A DNA stretch of 63,350 bases, filler included, from Hyphochytrium catenoides (GCA_900088475.1; 8 parts of 8 records of this genome joined end to end with filler, not necessarily neighbours in it); one strand, 5' to 3'; shown: positions 49,072 through 61,481, numbered from the whole stretch's first letter. Translations and numbers: made by a program. The notes: generated by a model from the letters alone, not told the origin.

Positions 49072-50604
49072 ATGGTGAGAGTCGTAGCTGGGATCATATG
49101 GAGTAGGGACTTTTCACGTGTGCTTGTGCAGGTGAGACTATAGATAGCGCGAGACAAGAAGATGGATAAAGTGTGCCGAAGAGGGATAGGATAGTGTCAG
49201 GAGATGAGACAGGAGCAGGGAGGCGGGCTTAGACTGGATAGGCTGGAACATACAATGGGTCAAAGAAAGGTGAATAGGATGAAAACCGCTGAGTTAGAGG
49301 TAAAGTAAAAGGAGCGCGGATGACCGTGAGTGGTGAAGAAGGTGGAAGAGTGCATACTTTCAGACCGATGACTGAGAGGCCAAGGGGGTTCAGAGGCTAA
49401 GAAGAGGATGATAGAGTAGAGAAAGACCAGAGACAGAGAGACAATTTGGTTGAGAACCTTGAACCCAAAGGGAATGAGTTGGAGGCCCATGACCAGAGAG
49501 GAGAGAAGGGCACGGCCTGACGAAGAGGAGAAGAGGGGGAAAAGGAGAATGCGGGGAGGTCTCACCTCTTAGAGTAAGAAGAAGAAAGAGAGAGGAGAAA
49601 CGTAGCGGTGGAGAGAAGCCTGCAATGCGCTGACGACTTGCCGGATTCAGCAAAGACCGAAGGGCTTGCCACACGCTGGGAAATGGGAATTTCCTGGAGG
49701 TAAGGACCAAGAGCTCTGTCCTACGTCACAAGACAGCACCCTGGCTTCATGACTACTGGCTCTAATCTCTTTCTTCTGTGCTTTGCTTCGTGAGTTCAAC
49801 TCCCATCTTCTTTATTTCTTGGGTTACGCGACTGTGCAGCTATACCACTGACTTGGTGTCCTTCTTTTGTCCTTGACAGGAAAGCTCGAGGGAAATGAGA
49901 GTCTCGTAGAGGTAAGAGAGGGATGCTGGGGTGATTACCTGAAGGACAGGAGAAGGAAGAGTAAGGTGGAGAGTCTTGAACGAGCTAAAGCGGGCATTAG
50001 TGATCCATGAATTGGGAACGCGAGGATCATCATTGAGAGGATTAGACAAATGCATTTTAAGGGTGCAGCCAGCCTTGAAAGCACCTGGATGATGGGAATC
50101 GATCTCAGGCTCTCGTCCGGGAGTTAAGAGAAGAGCTTGGGATCAACGTAGACAGCAAGTACGTTCGGCCCTGGTTGCAACGGACCCATACCTACCCTCC
50201 TAACAAGCTTGTAGAATTGAACTTCCTTGATGTCTTTGTAAGTGTCTTCTCTCCGGCAGTCTCTCTTTCTATCTTATTCACTTCCCCTCATCTTCCTACC
50301 TTTCTCCTGGATGTCTTCCTGATTCTTCAATCTTCCTTTCCATCTTCTGTTCCTCGTGAATGCCTTCCTCCTAACGCTACCGAGCAGCCACCATCACTTC
50401 TTTGTAAGCAGTCTATTTTTATTAATTTGGTCAACCTGTTCGCTTTATCACGGGCAGAAGTTCACAGGTGAGCCTCAGGCCCTGGAGTTTCAAGATTGGC
50501 GCTGGCTCCCTCTCGCAGAACTTGAAATTTATGACTTCTTGGAAGGAAATCGTCCCATTCTACCTTCTCTCGCTCAAAGGCACATTAAGATAGACGGCCT
50601 CTTG
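49072..50604 (+). CDS. mutT: MutT/NudG-like Nudix hydrolase (8-oxo-dGTP or (d)CTP pyrophosphohydrolase), 5 exons, 3' end lost in gap; may extend 5' to ~48024
   Basis: Exons 49072-49131, 49651-49699, 49880-49911, 50109-50237 and 50458-50604 join in frame at GT-AG sites: MVRVVAGIIWSRDFSRVLVQ|QRPKGLPHAGKWEFPG|GKLEGNESLVE|ALVRELREELGINV...HTYPPNKLVELNFLDVF|KFTGEPQALEFQDWRWLPLAELEIYDFLEGNRPILPSL. The Nudix box GX5EX7REUXEEXGU is complete. Confidence 0.92.
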
Positions 50605-50984
50605 NNNNNNNNNNNNNNNNNNNNNNNNNNNNNNNNNNNNNNNNNNNNTTAATTAATTAANNNNNNNNNNNNNNNNNNNNNNNNNNNNNNNNNNNNNNNN
50701 NNNNAGGTCCATCTCGTGAATCCCTAAATTCTCGTCTAACCCCCCTGAGAATCAATCCTGATTAGCATCAATAACGATGAACCCTTTTCACTATCTTCCT
50801 ACTTAGTAGAGGCACCTTTTCCTTCACCCTTTCACGTGGATATATGCTTGCTTTCGTACTCCATCGCTGGCCTACTGCTCACTTCAAACTTATTTTCCGC
50901 GCTCCTAAGCAGAGTTCTCCCATTCACACCACTTAACCCCCAACCATGCTTTGCTTCTTGGGCCTCCCAGAGCATGCTAGATTA

Positions 50985-53900
50985 CCTCCATGCCTATTCT
51001 TCCTATCACCCTTCACAAGTATGACTAGGGGTGTGGGACGCAACGCAGCTTTTGCAGTTGTGACCTCTGCAATAAAGGTCTGCCGCCTGGCGGGGCAGAG
51101 TCCAATGTCCGCAGTAATAATGACTGAGCAGCCCACATCAAAGACGCGCTGGAGGGAAGGAACATCAAAAGCGTGGAAGCTTACTGCCACGAACATGCCT
51201 GAGGAGGAAAGAGACGAGAAACGAAAAGAGAAATAAGAATTTAGCATTGCGTACCATAGCGAGGTAGGTCAATCTGGCAAGACATTTGTCTACAAAAAGC
51301 TAATGGGGGAGTCTCACTCGATCGAAATGGAAGGGGTAGAGGAAGAGACGAAAAAAATAAACCATCGCGTAGTATAGCGAGGCAGTCAGGCTATTCTGGC
51401 AAGGCAGTCGTCATCGAAGTAACCGATGGAGGTGTCCCACCCGACCAACATTGATGAAAGGTTGGCAGCCAATCACCATTGAACAGAAGGCGAGAGCCAA
51501 GGAAAATAGACATGCAGAATATGTTCGAGTAGGAGAGCTGAGCGAGATGATATCTTGAAGATCTTTGATGAGGCGGGTCAAGAAGCTCCAGGGCTGATGC
51601 CTCCCGCACGACATCACGCTCCTTAGTAAAGATAGCAAATAGCCATTGGAAAAGCGAATACTGAGGCTACGGTTCATTGGACTCTTCTAGGAAGAAAGAT
51701 GCACCAAATGTCCGGGGGAGTGATGGATGATCAGGACGCGCCTGAACGGAAGGAAGGGGACTGTACCAGGGATTGATGACATCACGTTCGCCATCAGCCG
51801 TTCTCTTGGCAGTGTTGGAACGTCATACGAGAAGATCAGCAGCACAGGTCGAGGTCTCTTCCTCCTGTGCTCTAAGAGAGTGGAGGGTATAAACAATGAT
51901 TCCGCCACCCTCTCTCCCTCCACACACTGCAGAGCGAAATCAGCTTTGTAGACGGATACGGAACACGAAACTGCTTCCGTACCGTCTCCTCTTCTATCTC
52001 GTCCTCTACGAGATCAGCTTCTGTCTCGAGCTCTTCCACATTGTCTAAACCATCCAGCGGAAGACCCTCTCCTCTGAACTTGTGCTGGAGCTCCACGAAC
52101 CAGAACACTCCTCGAACCCATCGATAGAGTGCAACCAGTGTCCGCGCTCCGACGGCAACCTTTTGGAACCCTGGAGCCACATGAAAGAGTCTGTGAATAA
52201 GGTGACAGCAGAAAGACTGTTGGAGACGAAAGGAATGGCAAACAATAGGAGTAAATAGGCTCTAGAGTGTGCATGGCGAGCTCAACTTTAAAGTGAATGT
52301 AAAACTTAATGTAAGTATGTACATCCGAGACTGAAGTTAAGAATTATGGAAAAGGCCTAATTGTGCAGACGGCTTTCAAAAAGAAAGGTACCGTCTTCAG
52401 AGAAATCACTGTTCTTGGAATATGCTCGGAAAAGCCGCATTGCTTGTTCCCAGGCGTGGAGATATCTCCGCGGCATCCGCTCAGCTTTTCGCCTTATTCG
52501 TCGCATAAGCTTGTTGGACCTCCGGAGAACTTGGAAGCCAATGTCCCAAGACATCTCTAAGAGCTCGCCAGCTAGAGTAACAAACCGAAATCAGAGCTGT
52601 GCAAAGATAATGGAAAACAGGTAGAGAAAGACCGACGGACTGAAAGAGCTGACCTCACCTTTTGGGATGTTCCCTTCTCCTTCACATCTCATCGTCGTAA
52701 AGGCAATGAGGCACTGAATTAAGGCCAGAACGTTGGGAGGTGGGATCTCCAGACCAAGATTCATGGTGCTAGTGCTGGGTGAAGTCCAGAACATGCAGCA
52801 AAAATACAGGCAGCGCCATTTGAATAGTTCTGTTCATAGAGGCCGGCGAGATAGAGATAGGATGTGGAAAGACAAAGTGGGAGGAGAGGGAAGTGGCCTC
52901 AGTTACCGAAACGAGGACGCCAGGCCTTGTAGATCCCACGGTGTCAAGCTTTCACAGGTCTGCCGACATTCTGCAGCACTGGACAACAGCAGCCGCTTTT
53001 CCCGCATCCTCTTACGGCCCTGATCAAGTGCTGTTAGTCTCCCACATTACTATGAAATGCAAGCGGCGTCATGTCGTAGGAGCCGTTAATACTCTTAATT
53101 GCAGGCCTGCCCGCCTACCCTAACTGATCTTCCAGTGATAAAAAGCCTACCTTATGGCCTCTAAAAATTCTTTGTATTAGAGAAGCATTCCTGAGTCTCC
53201 TTCTTTCCTCGTAGAGGACCTCTACACGGCGCCTATCCCTTCGTCCTCGGGATATCCTTGAGGAAGAAGGTAGACATTTAGAGGGGATGATTGACTTTTG
53301 GGTATGAGCTTCTCTTCTATGCCACATGTTCTCGATACCTCTGAATCTTTGTGGCTGCCTCTCTCTTCATAACAAGGTCGGCAACATATAATTTCGCCTT
53401 GTACCCTCTCCAAGCTGCCTGAATAATGGTCGCATTCTCGTTAAAGTTGGACCGCGAGTGCGTTGTCCTTTTTCTCGCGAGCATTCCCCTAACCAAAGCC
53501 TGAATCTTGGTAGCCGCAGCGTCCTCTGCAGTGAGAGCAGGCATGAGAGTGAGACGTGTAATGGGATGCAAAGGCCCCCGCTACTTTAGCTTATCCAAGT
53601 ACAGTGGGCAACATAGAAGCTAAACTAACACTTACCTATACTTTGGGCAACTTCTTGTGTGATGGCAGTATCTTCATCGCTTCCACCGCTTCCTGCAGCT
53701 AATCTCTTCTCGCTTTTCGGTTGGCGGCTCAAAATGTCGGCGTGCTGGGGTTGTCAGGGTAGAGCAATGTTAACAGAGAGTGAATCTAGAGGACAACGAA
53801 CATACCTCTTTATCCAGAGCAGCTTTCTGGTTCTTCTTCATAGCACTGAGTTCACTCTCTTGCAAAGTGAGCTCTAGCTGCTGCTGCCGTAGCAGAATCG

Positions 53901-56375
53901 TCATCTCATCCGTCTGCTGCGATATCTTTCGAACCTCTGCCTCCGCTGCCCTAAAATCCTTCTCATCGGGGGTCTCGGGCCTGGCTGTCCTGGGTGGCCA
54001 AACTCCTTCACTTGTTCCACCCGGCCCAGGAGACGGGGCCTCTGCAACACGGCCTTGCTCTGTTTTCATGGCCTGCAGCTGTGGTGGTCTTAGTTATGAA
54101 ATAATCTACAATCCGCAAAAGAACATACCTGCGCTTGCTTTGCTGCCAGTTGGGCCCTCATTGCATTCAACTACAGAAGAAATAGCCAGATAAGCAACGG
54201 TGCACGCCCTGTTTCTACTACAAAGACTCCTGCTACCACCTCATGCATCAACTTTTCGTTGGCTGACTTCTTTTTCACGTGCTCTTCTTCAAGACGAGCA
54301 CCTCGAGACCTCTGCTTTGGCGGTCTCTTTCGTCCGTCAGTACCTTGGAGTACAAGACCTTATTAGTGCTGCCTTTCAAGGGTAGCGTGGTAGCGCCAAA
54401 GAGGAGAACTTGGGCTGGTGTAACCAGACGGTTTACCTGCCAGAGATATTGGAGTCAAGGCGCCTCCAACTTTAGCCGACCGCTGCAGACCAGTAGGCAT
54501 CTCAATCAAATTAGGGGCGCCCATCACAGCCCCGCTAGGATGCACTTTGTCTAAATCTTTGCGGCCAAACTCCCTGTTAAGAGAAGCGTGTCAACCTCTG
54601 ACGCTATATCGATGAGGGAGGTTTGGCTCTACCGAAGATTCAACGAGCGGTCCAACTCTTTTCCCTCGAGTGGGAGTAACCTTGCAGGGCTTCGCAGTTC
54701 TGCTACTCCTGTCAGCTTGGCAAGCCGCTCGCTTTTTTGTGCTTGACTTTCTGTAAATTCTATTCGTCAACCTATACTTTGGAAGACAAGAAGAGGAAAC
54801 AAGTTACCTGGCATCAGGTGTCCCTCAGTGTCCCTGCAGTAGCGCCCATGAATCTCTTCTTCCGCTAGTATTAAGCGCTCGCACTCCCGAATTCTCACCA
54901 TGTCAACCTCGCCTACCATGTTCGTCTGGTACCCTAATCAACCGTGGTCGTAATCGGTTAGCTCTTCGTTGCCATCTTGACGACGATGCGGCCTTGCTTC
55001 TGCCTCACTCTACTGTTCTTTACATTCTTTCCTCCTTTCTCTGATAACTCCTCCTACTGAGGATTATTCCCAAGTTATACTATGTGGATACTCACTTGGC
55101 ATGTCGCTAGGCTTCTTTTCCATCACTCTCTTGTCCACCATCTTCTTTTGAGGGAGAAGGTCAGGCTCATTAACGACCGGAGTGTTGTAGGGGTCTTTCT
55201 TGCTCGCTTTAGCTGGGGAGCTGGGCCAGGCATCTTTTTTGTCCCTGACTTGTGAATGCCCAGACAGAGGACGGGCTTCGGCGTCTTCTAAGGAGCCTAG
55301 GATAGCCCCGCCTGCCAAGGCTGAGGCTCTATCATCCAGGTTTGACGGGAGGATAAACGGGTTGCGGACAAGTTTGAAGCCAAGCCATTTTACTAGCATC
55401 TTGTGCTGCAAAGTAGAGACTAAGATCAAGGTCAAATAAGGAAAGCAATCTCAACAGATAAGACCTTCTGCAGAAAGTCCAAGTCGCAGGGTATTTTTAG
55501 GATATAGTTGATGCCATTCCAGGAGAAGACGTGGTTCTTATTAAGTCCTTTCCGCCAACGAGCTACCGCCTCCAACGTCTCCACAGTCGATATTCGAACC
55601 AGATCCAGTAGTTTGGTCACCTGACGCATGAAATAGTCAAGAGATTGGAGTACAAGAAGCAAAGCGCTAGGGTTACTGCAATCACCTCATCCCGAAGAGA
55701 GGGATGACTTAGATGTGACCCCATGCCATGGAGCCGCTCTAAGTAACCTTCGCGCAGCAAAATACACTTAAGGACTTCGAGCTCCTGGAGAGCAGGGGAT
55801 GAAGAGGTAGTTCAAGTTAGTCTAAAGTTCACCATAGATCAGCAGATTACCAAACCTGTTCTGGCTCAGCGACAACATCGCGGGGAGAGTGGTAGGTGAT
55901 ACCCCCGGATGCTGTGCATAGTGCAGATACTCTATCGCCAGTGTGCTATAGGAAGGATGATTAATCGCGACCCTGTACCTAACTCGTCCTTCTCCTTCCA
56001 TACCTGTGACTCTTGCGCCTTGAATGGGGCCAATCCATAGCCGTGATCTGACGGGCGGAATTTTCCAGGTGAAGATTGGTCCATCGAAGGACTCTGCGGT
56101 CGCCTTTCAGCGGCGCCTGACGGTTTCTCCTTTCTGTAGGGAAGGTTAGGCAACTCTTCATGCTTCAAAGTCACCCACTCATACCTCGGTATGTAGGCAT
56201 ATTTCGGAGATCTGCTCTCGATTGTGACCGTGCTAGAGTTCCAGCCTAGCATAACGTATCAGCTCCTCAGTCCTAAGCTAGCCTTCGAAATGACGGTACC
56301 TTCCTCTCCCAAACATGAGGCCCTTTCATGTTTAACCTTCTTCTTAGGCCTCGCGTCCTTCTGTGGGGACCTCAT
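50985..56375 (-). CDS. Large multi-exon IQ-motif protein with a dynein-stalk MTBD-like segment; 3' end lost at gap
   Basis: N-terminal domain ELEVLKCILLREGYLERL...LDLVRISTVETLEAVARWRK...WNGINYILKIPCDLDFL...WLGFKLVRNPF. IQ motifs AATKIQALVRGMLARKR, ATIIQAAWRGYKAK, AATKIQR and ASLIQRIFRGHKGR. Further in-frame exons run down to ~50985 (GMFVAVSF...VILVKGDRKNRHG). Confidence 0.75.
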
Positions 56376-56787
56376 GGCTCCACCAAGTCGAGCCAGCAGC
56401 TAGACTTGGTCACATCCCAAGCTCCCAGATACGCCACTGCGGAGGTGACAACCACCTGCCCGGGTTCGGTTTGCGCAATGTTCCCGGCATCACACCTTAT
56501 GAATGGTTGACTCTCGATAGTCTCGATACCAAAGACCGATGTTGATGGCAAAAACCTCGGAGGGCTAAGGTAATGGGTCAGTGCTGGTGCTGTTTGCCGC
56601 TGGTCGATGCGGGTGAGAAGCAGATAAGCGCTGGGAATCAAAGAAGGTTGGTGACTGCCGCGTCGAAGAGACATCAGCAGGCTTCGAAACCAATTCTCAC
56701 TCACTCCTGGGCAACCTGTTACCTGAGCTGGGAAGAATAGGTGGGTAGGTAAAGCCATTGGATGATCATCAGTTGGACTAGAATTAC

Positions 56788-56867
56788 AACGGTTGTCCTG
56801 GTCCCCTCTCACAGGATGGGTGGGTATGGCCGTTAGCGGCTGGTAGCCCTTAGTGACAGCTAACGGC
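56788..56867. promoter_or_regulatory. AACGG motifs / 9-bp inverted repeat in a divergent promoter
   Basis: AACGG at 56788. GCCGTTAGC (56829-56837) and GCTAACGGC (56859-56867) form a perfect inverted repeat between the starts at 56375(-) and 57118(+). Confidence 0.4.
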
Positions 56868-57117
56868 TAGCTTAGTGTTTACCCAAAGTGAGGTGAAGGG
56901 CGGTGGAAAAGGACAGAGAAGAGAAAAAAGCTCAGCTTGTCAGATTCTCATCAAGCTTCGCTCCGTGATTGAGAGATGAAGATGTGACCAAGCTGTGACC
57001 AAGGGCAAGTGGAACAATCTAGACGCGGCGGTCGAAGGACACCAGGCCGACAAGCCGAATATAACCTAGTTCCTAGTGTCACTCAGCTAGAGAGATTTGC
57101 ATGGTGGAGACGGCATA

Positions 57118-58331
57118 ATGTCAGTCAGATCAGCGCTAGTGCTTGGTGGGGCAGGCAGCCTTGGTAAAGCAGTGGTTTCTAGGTACCTATCGAAGGGATG
57201 GAGCGTCATCAGCGTGGACTATCAGTAAGTTCCATTGCGGTTCGCTGAAATATAAGGAGCTGACAGACTTCTCTCCTAGAGTCAATAGGGACGCTCCAAG
57301 TTCAGTGGTCCTCGATCATTTCAAGCCATGGATCGATAGCATCGATGACATGTGCACAGCACTTCAGACGAAGTAAAGCTCTTCCTAGGTGCCGCCTCTC
57401 ACAACTGCTCTAACGGTTCTCTCTTTGCTGTAGGTGGCAGACCGAGGTTGATGCCGTCGTCACCGTCGCAGGAGGATGGGCAGGTGAATATAGCACATCG
57501 CAATCGCTGGTGCTTAGCTAGGAGGTTGAGCCGTTAAAATTAATGTCCTTTGTAGGTGGGAAGATTGGATCGCGCAGTGCTTTAGAGGCGGCGGAGAAGA
57601 TGTGGAGCTTGAACGTACAATCCGCCTTATCGGGTATGGGATTCACCATCTAGTTGGCCATTAACAGCGGGCCACTAACAGACCGTGCAGGGGCTCATCT
57701 CGCCAGCCATCTTATGAAGCCAGACGGACTTCTAATCTTTACAGGGGCTCATGCTGCATTATCAGGTGGACGAATGATCCCCAGACTTATGTTGATATAA
57801 TTGGAGTACTGAGGGTCACACTTCCTTCTGCAGCGACTCCGGACATGATCGGCTACGGTATGAGCAAAGCTGCAACCCATCACCTGTGTCGAAGTCTGGC
57901 GTAAGTCAAGTAGCACCTTCACCCACCTCCCGCAACTAACTACAGCTGAACTCCGCCCTCCGTCTCCTAGTCATCAGCAACACACCAAGAAAGGGACTGT
58001 GCTAAGTATCCTTCCCGTAACAGTTGACACTCCTGCGAATCGTGAGGGAATGCCCAGCGCTGATTTTAGCTCATGGACAAAGGTAGTAGATTCGCACTTC
58101 GCCTTCCCCCATGCACTCTAAACTGTTACTTTCCCAGCCTGAGGAGATTGCTGACAAAATAGTGGGATGGAGCGAAGGTAAGTGGTTGAGATGATGGCCG
58201 TTTCTAGAGCAACATCTAAGGGACATATGTCATCTCGTGTAGATGCAACGACCAGACCTCCAAGCGGTTCTTTGATGTCCGTGTTCACAGAAAATTCAAA
58301 GACGACATGGAAGAACACTACGCCGTGGTAG
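57118..58331 (+). CDS. QDPR: Dihydropteridine reductase, ~9 short exons
   Basis: [81 protein letters not shown] and RPPSGSL. TAG at 58329-58331. Confidence 0.95.
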
Positions 58332-59292
58332 TATCTCTAATAATGCTTTGAGAGAGGGCCTTAGCGAGCAAGTGATTCCCCCCTAACCAGAACCTTGCTG
58401 GCAATTCTATGGGGATGCAGTGCGCCGCCATGGCTCCTTTTGATCACAAAGTGGTACTCCACTGAGCAGCGACGAGCAGCCCTAAAAGGCTTGTTGCGTC
58501 CTGCTATAGTGAGAATTGCTCTAGTCTTAGGCAGTTCTTATCCATGGAAAAGAGAAGATAATAGCATCAATCCACTGGCGTCAGCCTTTAAAAAGCGAGT
58601 GCCACACTCTAAGGAGGGTAATATGTGCGTTCCATGGTGAAGGCTGCTCCATCTCGGTCCCAGGGCAGGGGAAGTGCTGTCCATCTCAATGCCCATAGCT
58701 GGCGCCTGCAATGTGTCGTTGGACGTTTTCGAGTAATGGATCGCTTCGTACCATCATCAGACGATTAGAGAAGCAAACCTTCATGAAACCGCCTACAAGG
58801 GGATGCGCCACCTAGGATAGTCGCCATAAAAAAGGGTGGATTTATCGCAGCGTCAATATGGGGAATCAAGCCAAGTTTAAGGGCCTAGGAATTTGTATTG
58901 GAACAATAGCATTCACTGACGAATGGGAGATGTTTCCAGACTTGGTCTAACCTTTTTCGTATTTCTGCAAACACCAACCGGAACTACGAAGTTTGAGTGC
59001 AACGCGGCAGAGTTACCATCACAATCTGGCCGATCAGCGATCAAGCAGTCCAGCCTTCATCTTCATCCCTCAAGGGGGCAGCCGAAGAGTAAGAATTCTC
59101 ACTCAGACGCGCCCAAAGCGCAACATTGATTGGTACAGCTATTGGTACTGCTCTTCCTTCGTCTTCCGCGGATCGCTGGGCCGCCACTACCTTCAAAAGA
59201 CAAAGGCACGGACGCTTCTTGCAGGGTAAACTGAATCGTCCAGTAATGGTCAGTATGGAATAATACCGTCAAACCTTTGAGAGTTCACAAAG

Positions 59293-60366
59293 ATGAACGG
59301 GAAACTAGATGCCTCCGCTGCCTATAAGCAGTGGGGCGCAGCTGGAGGTGATACAGGAACTGGGTCAAGCTTCAAGGGGCTATTGTCAAGCTTTGGAGCC
59401 AATGGAACAGGTGATGAAGCTGGCGATACGTTGCTTGCTAAGACCGCTAGCCAGTTTCGCTTCTGGGAGACAAAAAACCAGACGCCAGACCTTGAAAGCC
59501 AAGTGGAAGGGACAGGCGTAGAAGCATCCTCAGCAGGAAACTTCTTCAGTCGATTTTCTGCACAGCCAGACGATTCCGGTGTCTTCCCGACTCTTCCATG
59601 GTAGGTAGGCGTCTATAACAAGGGTGCCAAGCCATTAGTGCTGAACTAACCTTGTTTCCCTGCAGGAGCGTCAGGTTTAAGTGGTTTGTCATCCTTTCAC
59701 TTCTAGCAGCGGGGTTTTTCTTTTTGGGCGTCACGTTCCTGCCCATGGTATGGCCATCTCGCTGTGTAGATGGATAGAGTACCGAGATCTGACATCTCTT
59801 CTTCTCGCTGCCCAGATTGTATTCCGTCCCGGAAAGTTTGCACTCTCCTTCACGTTCGGCAGCTTGCTGCTGCAGGGGGCTTTCGCTATGCTCAAGGGTC
59901 CAAATGCGTATGTGAAAGGGCTGACAAAGCGTGATAATATTGCCTTTAGCGGCATGTATGTCGGCTCACTATGTAAGTTTTGATTATTAATAGCCTCTTA
60001 GCTGCCACGACCTTCACGACCCTCACGTCTTGCTACGACAGTCCTCACACTGTATGCCTGTATGGTGAGTGGGAGCTATCTGATGGTGCTTCTCGCGAGC
60101 TTCTTCCAGGTAGGTGCTTGACAGTTCAATACCATACACCCCGGGTTGACCCTTCTTCGCTCCCTTCTAGGCGGTCTCGTTGGGTTGGTATGGTGCTTCA
60201 GCAATACCAGGAGGCAAGGCCGGTTTCAAAGGTTAGTGCTTCAAACTGGTCGGCTACGGAAAAGGGGAGAGAAGCTAATGTGCTTTATTTTGCAGCTTTC
60301 ACCGCCATGTTCTTTCGGACAGCCAAGGCGATTGTCAGAAAGCTTGGATCTATGCTAGCATCTTGA
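59293..60366 (+). CDS. SFT2: Got1/Sft2-family vesicle transport membrane protein
   Basis: Spliced sequence: LPW|SVRFKWFVILSLLAAGFFFLGVTFLPM|IVFRPGKFALSFTFGSLL...AMLKGP...LTLYACM...LGWYGASAIPGGKAGFK. Four TM segments with the PxKFAxxFTxGS and PGG motifs. Confidence 0.9.
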
Positions 60367-60591
60367 TCTACAACGGCAGTAAGGCTAGATAGGCACTATA
60401 GGACTAAGACCCCCACCACCGTATCCCGATGGCTCTTAGTGCATAATAGATTATAATTCGACCAGCAGGTTCCGCAAGGTGAAACTAAGCTTGTCCCTCC
60501 AGATTCCCTTGCGGCGAAGTACTAATTTGGCAGATTTGAAAGAGCTTTCATCTAAAACCCTGCTACATGGCGCGTAGAACTGCGATTCCAT

Positions 60592-61481
60592 TCATGTGCG
60601 CCCACCCAGAACTCTCCCACTCGCCTTGCCTGTCATCCAATGAAAGGCATTAGGAGGGTGATAAGAACTGTTGGTGCTTACTTGACCGAGCTTACCCTTT
60701 CTCGCAGACTCCTGCTTATCAATCTCTTGAAGGCTCCTTGCTGCGTAGAGAGTTTACTTAGTGCATGTCATCGCCGCAAGGCTCCATAGATTACCTACCT
60801 TCTTCGATAGACCGCTGAAGGTCTGCGATGGCCTCCGGCTCCTTGCTATTGCTCACTGTAAAGTTGAAGCGCGGTCAGTCGTCAACTAAATGGAATAACA
60901 AGAGACTGCACTCACGCTCTCGGATGGTCTCTTCTAACTCCCTAAGCCTGATCATCATATTGGTCCTGGCATAGAACTCCAACGGCGGAGGATCCAAGTA
61001 GTCTTCGTACAGCATTTTCCTTTGCCTTCTGGACAGGACTTTATATCTGGTGGCCTTTAGGGGAGGGGGAGGCCATTCTTTCACAATTGTTCCAGGTGGC
61101 AGTGGATGAGGTCCAGATTCCATCCACTTAACGTCAAGCTTCCTTTCCACATCCGAGACCCAGCGATCTGGCACAATGCAGTTTAGCAGTCAACGCCTGG
61201 AAGACCTCTAATACAGCTGGCCAACTTACAGAGGAGGACTGCTGGAGTAAGTGCAAATACTAGATGCCAAAAGTGGAAGCCAAACCCTATTTTGTGGCTG
61301 GAGGCAGGCGGAGCGTTTAGATCCACCGTCATTGAGGCGAAACTATCATCATGGCCCACACTTACGGCTTCTTGTTCTTGACCATAAATTCATTGAGGCG
61401 ATAGTGCGCCTCGAAGCGTTGAGTCGCATTCCTCACTAGCCTATGGAAGGACTCTTTGTTAAAGAAGTCTGGGCTACCCAT
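60592..61481 (-). CDS. Hypothetical single-TM protein, ~6 exons
   Basis: MGSPDFFNKESFHRLVRNATQRFEAHYRLNEFMVKNKKP|HKIGFGFHFWHLVFALTPAVLL|YRWVSDVERKL...RLRELEETIRE|LSNSKEPE... with phases consistent. The last exon is uncertain. Confidence 0.65.

Noticed and set aside
49250-52600. Initial impression of LINE remnants
   Set aside because: No RT or endonuclease motifs. The region is explained by mutT introns/exons and 3' exons of the IQ protein.
59596-59610. Apparent in-frame TAG in SFT2 (readthrough or altered code?)
   Set aside because: The TAG lies inside an intron (TG|gtaggt...cag|G) and splicing restores the frame. Other genes end in standard TAA/TAG/TGA.
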